Source: an uncultured delta proteobacterium (lineage in GTDB: Bacteria; Desulfobacterota; Binatia; UBA9968). From it: DNA of 64,000 nucleotides. Positions 9,756 to 18,628 of the stretch are shown here, piece after piece. Location: contig CAVSHR010000005.1 of NCBI GenBank assembly GCA_963727625.1, positions 800,001 to 864,000 on the forward strand. The letters are read 5' to 3'. Under the pieces are notes generated by a model. The model searched no databases, had not been told where the DNA came from, and was given only the letters and a program-made list of their open reading frames with translations. How positions within the stretch are numbered: the first letter of the stretch is position 1; every line of letters begins with the position of its first letter. Both the position numbers and the translations under genes were made by a program.

Positions 9756-10664
9756 ATGGACAAAGTCAATTTCCCCTATCGCTCCGACAGCCATCTGCCG
9801 TTTTTGCACGTCGTGCACGATTCCGGCTCATGGTCGAAGCACGGCCTGGACGTGAACTACGACTACGAAATCACTTCGGAAGACTCGCATAAAAACGTCG
9901 CCAACGGCACCGTCGAGTTCGTCGGCGGCAACCACCTCTCGCCTTACATTCGCCGTCCCGCAGGAGACAAATGGGTTTACCTTGGGCAAACCGTCAGCCT
10001 GTTGAATCATCGCTTGGTCGTGCGCGCCGACTCGGGTATCAACAAAGTCTCGGATCTCAAAGACAAGAAAGTTGCGACCAAAGGCAAGCACCCCGGTTTG
10101 AATACCTGGCTCTTTATTAAGCAGGCGGGGCTGCTGAACGATTGTCAGGTGGAAAAGGCCAAGGGAAAGTTCCATTGGGAAGCGGTGCGCGACGGCGAAG
10201 CCGACGCCGCCTTCGTCACGCCGCCGGCGGATATTCTCTCCAAACGCGCCGGCCTCAAAGTCATCGAAGTGCCGTTTTTGCCGATGGTCTGGTTCACCAC
10301 GGTTTCCAGCGGCTTGCCGTTCGTCGAGAAACATCCCGACATCGTCGACAAAATGCTCCGCGGCATGTGCGAAGGCATCGCCTACTTCAAAACCCATCGG
10401 GCCGAATCGATCAAGATTATCAAAGAGAAATACAAAGCCGAAGGCGACCTCGACGACGAGGCGGCGACCCATCTTTATGACGATCTTAAAATGATCCTGC
10501 AGGCGAAGCCTTACGCGACCATTCCGGCGATCAGCAACGTCTACGAGATTTCCATCGAGCAGGACAAAGCCGCCGAGAAAACTGATCCGATGGCGCTGTG
10601 GGATTTTCACTATCTCAGGCGCATCGACGACAGCGGTTTCATCGACAACCTGTACAAACTTTAG
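9756..10664 (+). CDS. NMT1/THI5/SsuA-like type-2 periplasmic-binding-fold protein without signal peptide
   Basis: AGGAGGAG RBS before ATG 9756. Motifs KHGLDV, GINKVSDLKDKKV and DDSGFIDNLY. No hydrophobic leader. Confidence 0.8.
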   Translation: MDKVNFPYRSDSHLPFLHVVHDSGSWSKHGLDVNYDYEITSEDSHKNVANGTVEFVGGNHLSPYIRRPAGDKWVYLGQTVSLLNHRLVVRADSGINKVSDLKDKKVATKGKHPGLNTWLFIKQAGLLNDCQVEKAKGKFHWEAVRDGEADAAFVTPPADILSKRAGLKVIEVPFLPMVWFTTVSSGLPFVEKHPDIVDKMLRGMCEGIAYFKTHRAESIKIIKEKYKAEGDLDDEAATHLYDDLKMILQAKPYATIPAISNVYEISIEQDKAAEKTDPMALWDFHYLRRIDDSGFIDNLYKL

Positions 10665-10720
10665 ATTTCGGCGTGTCCTGATTCACTTTAATTGGATAAA
10701 CCGAAAAGGAGGTAATAATC

Positions 10721-11791
10721 ATGAAGCTTCGTCTGCCATATTTTTTTCCGGCGCTACTGATAGCCACGAGCATGGGGCTGGTCCTCGATGGGAGGCCAGC
10801 ACAATCGGCTTCGGCGAAAGCCCACTATGAAGGCAAGACTATTACCGTGCTGGTTTCTTCCAATCCGGGCGGCGGCACGGATACGGCGGCGCGTCTCGTC
10901 GCCCGTTTCTTGCCGAAGTTTCTTCCAGGTCAGCCCCAGACCATCGTTCAGAACATGCCGGGAGGCGGCGGGACCATCGCCAACAACTATTTTGCCGCCA
11001 AGGCGAAACCGGACGGGTTGATGTTATTTCAGGACTCATCCTCCGGTCTGGGAAATTTCACCCGCGGCGGCTCGCGGATAAAATACGACCCGAGGAAAAA
11101 CCAGGCGATCGGTTCGATCACCCGGGGCGGCTCGCTGATGATGATCAGCAAAGAAGCCCGTCCTCGGCTCACGGATCCAAAGGCGAAAAAAGTCGTGGTC
11201 GGCGACAGCGACGGGATTCGAACCTGGGTCGCGACCATGGTTTGGGCCGCGGAGTATTTGGGTTGGAACCTCCGCTTTGTCTATGGTTATCCGGGAAGCC
11301 AAGAGTTGCAGCTCGCCCTCAGACAAGGCGAAATCGATGTCTGGGGAACCTCGAACGCCAAGCTCATCAATGATTTTGTCAAAGGAGGCAAGCACGAAGT
11401 CTTGTTTCAGCAGGAGGACCAACGGCGGCCTGGATTTCCCAACGTGCCGACTTTTGAAGAGGTCCTGGGCGACAAGAAACCTAAAGGTCCGGCGTGGGAA
11501 GGCTACCTGGCCTGGTCGGGTCCAAACGAAATAGACAAGTTTTTAGTCGCGCCGCAGGGCACGCCGCAAGACGTCGTCGCCGCGCTGCGCGCGGCCTTCG
11601 TCAAGATGGGACAAGACGAGGAGTTCAAAAAACAGGCGACCAATTTTTTTGGCGACGCCTGGCGGACCCGAACCGGAGAAAAAACGCAATCGATGATTCG
11701 CGATGTCACGACAATCTCGAAAGATGCCCAAGCGGTCCTAACCAAACTCCGCAAGAAGTACGGCTTGCCCACCGGCAAGCAAAGAAAATAG
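10721..11791 (+). CDS. tctC: Tripartite tricarboxylate transporter substrate-binding protein (TctC/Bug-like)
   Basis: Signal peptide, YEGKTITVLV..PGGGTDTAAR, VQNMPGGGG and AKPDG. Confidence 0.85.
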   Translation: MKLRLPYFFPALLIATSMGLVLDGRPAQSASAKAHYEGKTITVLVSSNPGGGTDTAARLVARFLPKFLPGQPQTIVQNMPGGGGTIANNYFAAKAKPDGLMLFQDSSSGLGNFTRGGSRIKYDPRKNQAIGSITRGGSLMMISKEARPRLTDPKAKKVVVGDSDGIRTWVATMVWAAEYLGWNLRFVYGYPGSQELQLALRQGEIDVWGTSNAKLINDFVKGGKHEVLFQQEDQRRPGFPNVPTFEEVLGDKKPKGPAWEGYLAWSGPNEIDKFLVAPQGTPQDVVAALRAAFVKMGQDEEFKKQATNFFGDAWRTRTGEKTQSMIRDVTTISKDAQAVLTKLRKKYGLPTGKQRK

Positions 11792-11798
11792 GCAAACT

Positions 11799-13289
11799 AT
11801 GCTTGAGGCTGCGATCGAGGGGCTGCAAGGTATTTTAACCTTTCAGTCCCTCTCGATGATGCTTCTAGGGGTCCTCATCGGCAGCTTGGTGGGCTTTCTC
11901 CCCGGCATCGGCGGGCCTACGACCCTCGCCATCATGCTTCCTTTCGTCATGGTAATGAAGGATCCCGTGCCGGTCATCGCGCTGCTGGTGGGTATCGATG
12001 CAGTGGGCAACACCGCCAGCTCGTTTACATCGATTCTCATATCCGTACCGGGGAGTTCGGGGTCGCAAGCGACCATTCTCGACGGTTATCCGATGGCCAA
12101 ACGGGGCGAAGCTTTGCGGGCCTTGAGCGCTTCTTTCATGGCCTCCCTCGTCGGCGGCTTGATCGGCCCGCTCATCCTGCTCGCCTCTCTACCCTTTCTG
12201 CGCCCCTTAGTGCTCGCCTTTGGTTCGCCGGAGTTCTTCGTGCTGACGCTCTGGGGACTTGCCATGGTCGGAGTCTTGAGCGGCAACGCTCCCGTCAAAG
12301 GGCTGATGGCGGGAATCATCGGCGTCTTTATCGCCACTGTGGGTCTGGACATAAAATCCGGTATCGAGCGTTTTTCCTTCGGGGAGCCCTATCTTTGGGA
12401 CGGTGTCAGCTTGATTATCGTCGCCCTCGGCATATTCGGCGTTCCGGAATGTATCGACCTGGCGACCCGAAAATCGAGCATCTCAGAAAGACACGAACTA
12501 GGGTCTGGATTCAAACAGGGAATCCTGGATGTCTTTCAGAACATGTGGCTTACGGTAAGGTCGTCGGCCATCGGTATCTGGGTCGGATTTTTGCCCGGGC
12601 TGGGAAGTTCGGTAGCGGATTGGTTCGCCTACGCTCATGCGGTTCAGACGGAGAAAAACCACGAAAATTTTGGCAGGGGTGATGTTCGCGGCGTCATCGC
12701 GCCAGAAGCATCCAACAACGCCAAGGAAGCCGGCAGTTATATCCCAACGCTGGCCTTCGGCATTCCCGGCGGCACATCCACGGCGCTTATTTTGGTTGCG
12801 TTTACCGCGGTCGGCATCAACCCCGGCCCCGAAATGCTGACGACGCAATTGCCGTTCACCTTCGCAATCATCTGGACGTTGACGATTTCCAATATCATCG
12901 CCGTGGCGATCTGCATGGCCTTTGCCAAACCCATCGCCAAGTGTTGCTTTTTCCCCTTCTACACCATTGTGCCGCTGATTCTGGTTTTTGTTTTTATCGG
13001 CGCGTTTGCCGCCCATTTTAATGACTATGATCTTGGGTTGCTCCTGGTCTTTTCCGCCTTAGGTTTCATGATGCGCCGGCATGGATGGCCCCGCGCGCCG
13101 TTGTTGCTCGGCGTGGTGCTTGGAACGAAGATGGAACTTTATCTCTGGCTTTCATACACCCGCTTTGGCACCGAATGGCTGCTGCGGCCCGGCGTGATTG
13201 TTTTGTTCGTTATCGTGCTCGCCTCGGTTTTTTATCCCGTTTGGCAAAACCAACGGGGTGGCGGTTCCGATCCTTCGGAAGCGGCGTAG
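11799..13289 (+). CDS. tctA: Tripartite tricarboxylate transporter large permease
   Basis: GFLPGIGG, TILDGYPMAKRG, GVIAPEASNNA and PTLAFGIPG; multi-pass membrane protein. Confidence 0.95.
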   Translation: MLEAAIEGLQGILTFQSLSMMLLGVLIGSLVGFLPGIGGPTTLAIMLPFVMVMKDPVPVIALLVGIDAVGNTASSFTSILISVPGSSGSQATILDGYPMAKRGEALRALSASFMASLVGGLIGPLILLASLPFLRPLVLAFGSPEFFVLTLWGLAMVGVLSGNAPVKGLMAGIIGVFIATVGLDIKSGIERFSFGEPYLWDGVSLIIVALGIFGVPECIDLATRKSSISERHELGSGFKQGILDVFQNMWLTVRSSAIGIWVGFLPGLGSSVADWFAYAHAVQTEKNHENFGRGDVRGVIAPEASNNAKEAGSYIPTLAFGIPGGTSTALILVAFTAVGINPGPEMLTTQLPFTFAIIWTLTISNIIAVAICMAFAKPIAKCCFFPFYTIVPLILVFVFIGAFAAHFNDYDLGLLLVFSALGFMMRRHGWPRAPLLLGVVLGTKMELYLWLSYTRFGTEWLLRPGVIVLFVIVLASVFYPVWQNQRGGGSDPSEAA

Positions 13290-13292
13290 CAC

Positions 13293-13766
13293 ATGAGTTG
13301 GATCAAAATTGAAAAGCTGCTATTTACCCTGTTCATAGCCGCGTTGCTAGCCGGCGCCCTTCAAATCGCCCGAGATTGGTCCATCCGCGCATCGATTATC
13401 ATTTTGGTTTTGGGTGGAATCGGCTTAGCGCTGGCCGTCGCCCAATTAGTTTCGGACTTTAAAAACCTCCGCTCGCGAAAATCCGCCGCGGCCTTGACTA
13501 TGGAGGCACCAGCCTTGGAGGTGAGCAGCCGCTGGGGCAATTTTGAAATCTGGGCTTGGATTTTAGGATTTTACGGCTTCATTCACATTGTTGGCTTTCC
13601 GCTCGCCGTGCCGCTGTTTGTTTTTTCTTATACCAAGGTATACGGGGGGGGTTGGATTCTCTCGGCGGCGCTGGCGGTGATGTCTTGGGGCTTTGTATTC
13701 TTATTATTCGACACGCTCCTACATGTCCCCTGGCCTGAATCGCTTTTCGGCGCGATGATTTCTTGA
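13293..13766 (+). CDS. tctB: Tripartite tricarboxylate transporter small permease
   Basis: Small multi-TM protein after tctA ending LFDTLLHVPWP. Confidence 0.85.
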   Translation: MSWIKIEKLLFTLFIAALLAGALQIARDWSIRASIIILVLGGIGLALAVAQLVSDFKNLRSRKSAAALTMEAPALEVSSRWGNFEIWAWILGFYGFIHIVGFPLAVPLFVFSYTKVYGGGWILSAALAVMSWGFVFLLFDTLLHVPWPESLFGAMIS

Positions 13767-13784
13767 GGAGCTAAGGATTTTGCC

Positions 13785-14558
13785 ATGCGTCAGACCGCGC
13801 CCAAATTAGGAGTTCCCATGAATTCCGCGGACTCCAAGGCTTACATCAGTGAAGTGAACAAGAAAGTCGTCCAACGCTGGCAGGAACGCGTCACCGACGG
13901 CCCGTTCATGAGCCCATTTCTCGAAGGCAAACTGTCCCTGTCGGCTATTAAGTTGTTTTTCAAAAATTGGGGCAACTTCACGGTTGAGATCAACACCCTG
14001 GTGTCGGTCTCCTATCACAAGCACATAGGCTTTTTTAAGCGCCATCCCGACTTAATGGGCCCGCTCGGGGTTAAAATCGCCGATGAATTCATTCATCCCA
14101 AACCACCCGGCCATGTGCTGGTCATGCTGCAAACCGCCGCAGCGCTGGGTCTGACGCAGGATGAAATCCTGCGTCTGCCGATGCTTCCCGAATGCCGGGC
14201 GATTCTCGACTTCAAACGCCAACTCATGTGGGAAGGCACCGTTGCCGAGTGGTGGTTCTCGATGCTCACCGAAGAGCCCATCGGCCACTGGTCGGCCATG
14301 TGGTTCAGAACCTTGACGCAGAAGTACGGCTTCACCGAAGAGCAGGCGGTTTATTTCTCGACCCATGAAGAAGCCGATTTGAAAGAGCACGAAGACGGCG
14401 TCATGGGGCACGGCAGTTTTAACAAGCTGGTCATGCAGAGGATATTGGAAGACGGCTACGCCGACACGCGCGAAGGTTACAATTTGGAATACTGCGCCCT
14501 CGCCGCCGTCGATCTCTACGGCGTCATGCACCGCGCCGCGGTAGAGTTAGCGGAATAA
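13785..14558 (+). CDS. Heme-oxygenase-like putative diiron protein, copy 2 (subfamily A)
   Basis: Paralog of 6127: FFKNWG, DEFIHPKPPGH, PMLPECRA and YFSTHEEAD...HG. The start may be 13818. Confidence 0.75.
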   Translation: MRQTAPKLGVPMNSADSKAYISEVNKKVVQRWQERVTDGPFMSPFLEGKLSLSAIKLFFKNWGNFTVEINTLVSVSYHKHIGFFKRHPDLMGPLGVKIADEFIHPKPPGHVLVMLQTAAALGLTQDEILRLPMLPECRAILDFKRQLMWEGTVAEWWFSMLTEEPIGHWSAMWFRTLTQKYGFTEEQAVYFSTHEEADLKEHEDGVMGHGSFNKLVMQRILEDGYADTREGYNLEYCALAAVDLYGVMHRAAVELAE

Positions 14559-14650
14559 ACCATGCCTAGAGCCTCGCGTCTCGTGTTTTGAGTTGAGGCC
14601 GAGCGCAACTCTATACTCTAGACCCAAGACAATTACCCAAGGAGCTTTTG

Positions 14651-16093
14651 ATGACCCCCTCAAACCACGACCTGCGCGCCTTTCTAAACGAAGTCGATAA
14701 AATCGGCGAACTGCGCCGCATCGAAAACATCCCCTGGGACAAGGACATCGGCGGCTTGGTCGAGATGATACTGGAACGCAGCGACCATCCACCGGCGATG
14801 CTGTTCGAGAAAGTCCCCGGCGCGCGCCGGGACATGGAGATTCTGTGCAGCCAGATCGACACACTGCCTAGACTGGCAATCGCCATGGGCACCGATCCGA
14901 AACTCGGGCTGACCGATTTCATTCAGGCGTGGCGCCGTAAGATTCGCAACTTCGAGCCGGTTCCAGCACAGTTCGCCAATGACGCGCCGATCTTTGAAAA
15001 CCGCGTCGACAAACAGATCGACCTCGAAGCCTTCCCGATTCCGCGATGGCATGAAGAAGACGGCGGGCGGTATATCGGCACCGACGATCTGGTCATCACC
15101 GAAGATCCCGAAGAGCATTGGATCAACGCCGGAACTTACCGCGTCATGCTGCAAGGCAAAGACGCCGTGGCGCTCTATATCTCGCCGGGCAAACATGGCC
15201 GCGTGCAGCGGCAAAAATATTTCGACGCCGGCAAGCCCTGTCCGGTGGTCATGTCCTTCGGCCATCACCCGATCCTGTTTCTCGCCGCCTGCACCGACGT
15301 GCCGGTGAAGATGAGCGAGTTCGATTATGCCGGCGGCGTCATCGGCGAACCGATTCAACTGGTGCGCGGGCCGCTGACCGGCCTGCCGATTCCGGCTTAC
15401 TCGGAGATCGCCATCGAGGGTGAAATGGTTCCCGGCGACGACCTGCCCGAAGGACCGTTCGGCGAATGGCCAGGCTACTACGCCAGCGCCACGCGTCCGG
15501 AGCCGGTGGTGCGCATCAAGGCGCTCTATTACAGAAATAATCCGATTCTCTGCGGCGAACCGCCACTGCGTCCATCGGCGGGTCAGGGATTTCACCGCTC
15601 GATCCAACGCTCGGCGTTGATCTGGAACGCCCTTGAAGACGCCGGCGTCCCCGACGTTCAAGGCGTCTGGCTTCATCCCGCCGCTTATCGATTTTTTTCA
15701 ATTCTAAAAATCAAACAGCGCTACCCCGGCCACGCCAAACAGGCGGCCTTGATCGCCAGCCAATGCCGCCCCGGGGCGTATCTCGGCCGCTACGTTGTGG
15801 TCGTCGATGATGACATCGATATCTACAATCCTAACGACGTCATCTGGGCCATCGGCACGCGCTCGGAGCCCGAGAACATCGATATCCTGCGCCGCTGCTG
15901 GAGCGGTCCCCTCGACCCGGCGATCCCGCGCGAACGCAAAGGGTTCAACTCGCGCGCGATCATCGACGCGACGCGGCCGTATGAATGGCGCGACAGGTTC
16001 CCTGCCGTCAACGCCGTGAGCGACGACTTCAAGGCCGAGCTAGACAAGAGATACGCCGCGCTACTCAAAGAAGTGGTGGGGCGAACACCCTAA
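14651..16093 (+). CDS. UbiD-family decarboxylase
   Basis: DLRAFL, DGGRYIGT, NAGTYR, EGPFGEWPGYY, VVDDDIDI and IIDATRP. AAGGAG RBS. Confidence 0.95.
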   Translation: MTPSNHDLRAFLNEVDKIGELRRIENIPWDKDIGGLVEMILERSDHPPAMLFEKVPGARRDMEILCSQIDTLPRLAIAMGTDPKLGLTDFIQAWRRKIRNFEPVPAQFANDAPIFENRVDKQIDLEAFPIPRWHEEDGGRYIGTDDLVITEDPEEHWINAGTYRVMLQGKDAVALYISPGKHGRVQRQKYFDAGKPCPVVMSFGHHPILFLAACTDVPVKMSEFDYAGGVIGEPIQLVRGPLTGLPIPAYSEIAIEGEMVPGDDLPEGPFGEWPGYYASATRPEPVVRIKALYYRNNPILCGEPPLRPSAGQGFHRSIQRSALIWNALEDAGVPDVQGVWLHPAAYRFFSILKIKQRYPGHAKQAALIASQCRPGAYLGRYVVVVDDDIDIYNPNDVIWAIGTRSEPENIDILRRCWSGPLDPAIPRERKGFNSRAIIDATRPYEWRDRFPAVNAVSDDFKAELDKRYAALLKEVVGRTP

Positions 16094-16354
16094 CCGTACC
16101 AACCTCGGCGCCGCTGTTTTGAAACGCGAAAAAATTGCAGGGAGCAAAAACCGAGAACAGCGTTCATTCTTATTGCAGCGTTTACCTTGCTCGTCGTTGG
16201 TAAAAATGCCCTCGATTCCCGAGGCCACCCGAACGCGCGCGACGTCAAACCGGCCAGCGTGATTGACACGACAATGGTCAAGTAAATAAGACGTCCGACT
16301 TTTTCGATAAGCTCTATGGGCGCCCGCCAAAGAATGAAAAATAGCAAATCGCCT

Positions 16355-17368
16355 TTAGCGCTTGAGACCCGCAACCGTCGCGCGCCATCGCGCTTCATTC
16401 TCGCCGGGGACCACTGGTAAATAGAAGCTCACCCGGTCGAGCAGATCAGCGTATTTTTGCAAGACTTTTTTAGGCAACTCGGCCCAGCTGGCACGCAGGG
16501 CAAAGGCGTCGAGCATGTCATCGGTAATCAACGAAGGCATTTCCTTCCATCGCCCGCGCGCGGCCATCGCCTTGAGCTTATCGGCCACGCCGCCCCAACC
16601 TTCGAGTTCGAATACCGGCCGATACGTCGGCGTGCTGGCGTAAAAAGAAATCTGCTCGCGAATCTCGGACTCATACTTCGCCGCGTTCAGGTCGTCCGTA
16701 GGAACGACGAAGATACTGCTCGACACTTCGATGACGTGGCGCTGCCGGCCGCTTTTTGCCAGGCCGACCTCGATGTTGGGCAACACTTTTTCTTTTAAGT
16801 AGCGCGCGCTGTGCAGCGGGTGCGCGTGGAAGCCTTCGCATAATTCTCCGGCGAGCTGGCACATGCGCGGGTTCACGCCGGCGACAAAGATCGGAATGCG
16901 GTGGTACTCGTGCGGTGCCGGACTGAAAAACGGCGTCATCAGCGTGAGCTTGAAAAATTCGCCCTGGTAATTCAGCCTTGTTTGATTCTGCCAGCAGTCC
17001 CATAGCGCGCGCAAAGCGAGAATGTAATCGCGCATCTTGTCCACCGGCTTTTCCCACTTGACGCCGAAACGGCGCTCGTTATGACCCTTGACCTGAGTTC
17101 CGAGCCCAAGAATGAATCGCCCATTCGAATAACGCGCGAGATCCCAGGCGATCTGCGCCGTGATTGTCGGACTGCGTGGGAACACGACTGCGATGCTCGT
17201 GCCGATGTTTAAATGTTGGCTATGTTCGGCAGCTAAAACCAATGGCAAAAACGGCTCATGTGCGGCTTCAAAAGTCCAAAGGCCATCGAAACGGGCGTCC
17301 TCGCAGAACCGCGCGAGCGCCGGCATCTGTATGAGATCATGAACCAGTAGGCTGGCATCGAATTTCAT
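16355..17368 (-). CDS. LLM-class oxidoreductase, probably F420-dependent (MSMEG_2256-like)
   Basis: EAAHEPFLPL, GTSIAVVFPRSP, GRFILGLGTQVKGHNERRFG, LMTPFF and FYASTPTY. GAGGTG RBS before ATG 17368. Confidence 0.88.
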   Translation of the reverse strand: MKFDASLLVHDLIQMPALARFCEDARFDGLWTFEAAHEPFLPLVLAAEHSQHLNIGTSIAVVFPRSPTITAQIAWDLARYSNGRFILGLGTQVKGHNERRFGVKWEKPVDKMRDYILALRALWDCWQNQTRLNYQGEFFKLTLMTPFFSPAPHEYHRIPIFVAGVNPRMCQLAGELCEGFHAHPLHSARYLKEKVLPNIEVGLAKSGRQRHVIEVSSSIFVVPTDDLNAAKYESEIREQISFYASTPTYRPVFELEGWGGVADKLKAMAARGRWKEMPSLITDDMLDAFALRASWAELPKKVLQKYADLLDRVSFYLPVVPGENEARWRATVAGLKR

Positions 17369-17521
17369 CCGCACCTCATGGATCGCCATCGATAAGCTAT
17401 TTTTCGCTTTGGCAACCGCTTGCAAGAATGACGATTTGCCATTCCAACCCAATTTAACTTATATTCAAGTCATTCAAACGGCTAAGCAAAACGACTCATC
17501 GCAAGAAGGAGACTCTGCTCC

Positions 17522-18490
17522 ATGTTAGGTAAAATAACAGCGCGCCTTTGGATCTTGCTGCCCATCGCTACACTTGCGTTGACAACCGCGGTACAAGCGC
17601 AAGAAAAAATTCGTATCGCCTACGCCTCGAATTCACTGGCATTCTTGGTTCCCTTTGTCGCCCAAGACCGCGGCTTGTACATGAAGCATGGTCTCGATGT
17701 CGAAATGATTCAAGTGCGTCCAGGCGTCGCCATGGCCGCGCTGCTGAGCGGCGATATTGGCTATGTCGAACTGATCGGATCGACCATCCGCTCAGCGGCC
17801 AAAGGCGCACCCGTCCGCGCCATCTCCACAAGTATTCGCGCGCCGTTTTTCAGTCTGATTGCGAAAACTAAATACAAGTCGGTCGCAGAACTAAAGAGCC
17901 GCACGATCGGCGTGACATCGTTAGGCGGAACCAACTACATTGCGACACGCATGGTGCTCGAACACTTCGGCCTGGACTCGGAAAAGGACGTCAAGATCAT
18001 TGCCATCGGCGACGAAAGACTGATGCACGAGGCGTTTAAGATCGGCCGCGTCGACGCCGTCATGGTCGCACCACCTTTTTCGGTCATCCTCAAGCGCGAA
18101 GGCTTTTCCGATCTGGCCAACAGCGCGAAACTGCTGACAATCCCGTTCTCTGGCATCGGCACGACTCTGCAAAACATCAAGAGCAACCGCAACCAGATAA
18201 AAAAGGTTTTAAAAGCGGAAATCGAAGCGATGCGCTACTTGCACGACAACCCGGAGGGAACGACCCAGGTCATATTAAAGCGATTTAGCATGGACCCCAA
18301 GCTCGCGCGCGAGTCCTATGATGTCGTGATCGATGCTTTCAGCCGCGACGGCCGGGTGCCCCTCGATGGCGTCGAGACTTTGCTGAAAATTGAAAAAGCC
18401 AGAAACCTAGTGCCGCAAAGCGTTAAAGCCGAAAATGTCGTCGACTCCACCCTCGTCAATGAAGCGCTGAAGGAGTTGGGCAGTCGATAA
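17522..18490 (+). CDS. ABC substrate-binding protein (NMT1/SsuA-like)
   Basis: Signal peptide ending AVQA, then EKIRIAY, KHGLDVE and AALLSGDI. Confidence 0.88.
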   Translation: MLGKITARLWILLPIATLALTTAVQAQEKIRIAYASNSLAFLVPFVAQDRGLYMKHGLDVEMIQVRPGVAMAALLSGDIGYVELIGSTIRSAAKGAPVRAISTSIRAPFFSLIAKTKYKSVAELKSRTIGVTSLGGTNYIATRMVLEHFGLDSEKDVKIIAIGDERLMHEAFKIGRVDAVMVAPPFSVILKREGFSDLANSAKLLTIPFSGIGTTLQNIKSNRNQIKKVLKAEIEAMRYLHDNPEGTTQVILKRFSMDPKLARESYDVVIDAFSRDGRVPLDGVETLLKIEKARNLVPQSVKAENVVDSTLVNEALKELGSR

Positions 18491-18628
18491 GTTGGATTGC
18501 CGCGGAACGTTTTATTTAAAGTTCTAGGTGCAGATTATTGACGAGCTGGATAAGTCCAAGCTCGTCCATCACACGGCGGCCTCACTTATCGAGCTAGAAA
18601 ATTAAACAGGGCATGGTTTCCGCCCGGC

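Noticed and set aside
16090-16398. Small ORFs between ubiD and the LLM gene, and at 37873-38149
   Set aside because: No RBS or recognisable motif.
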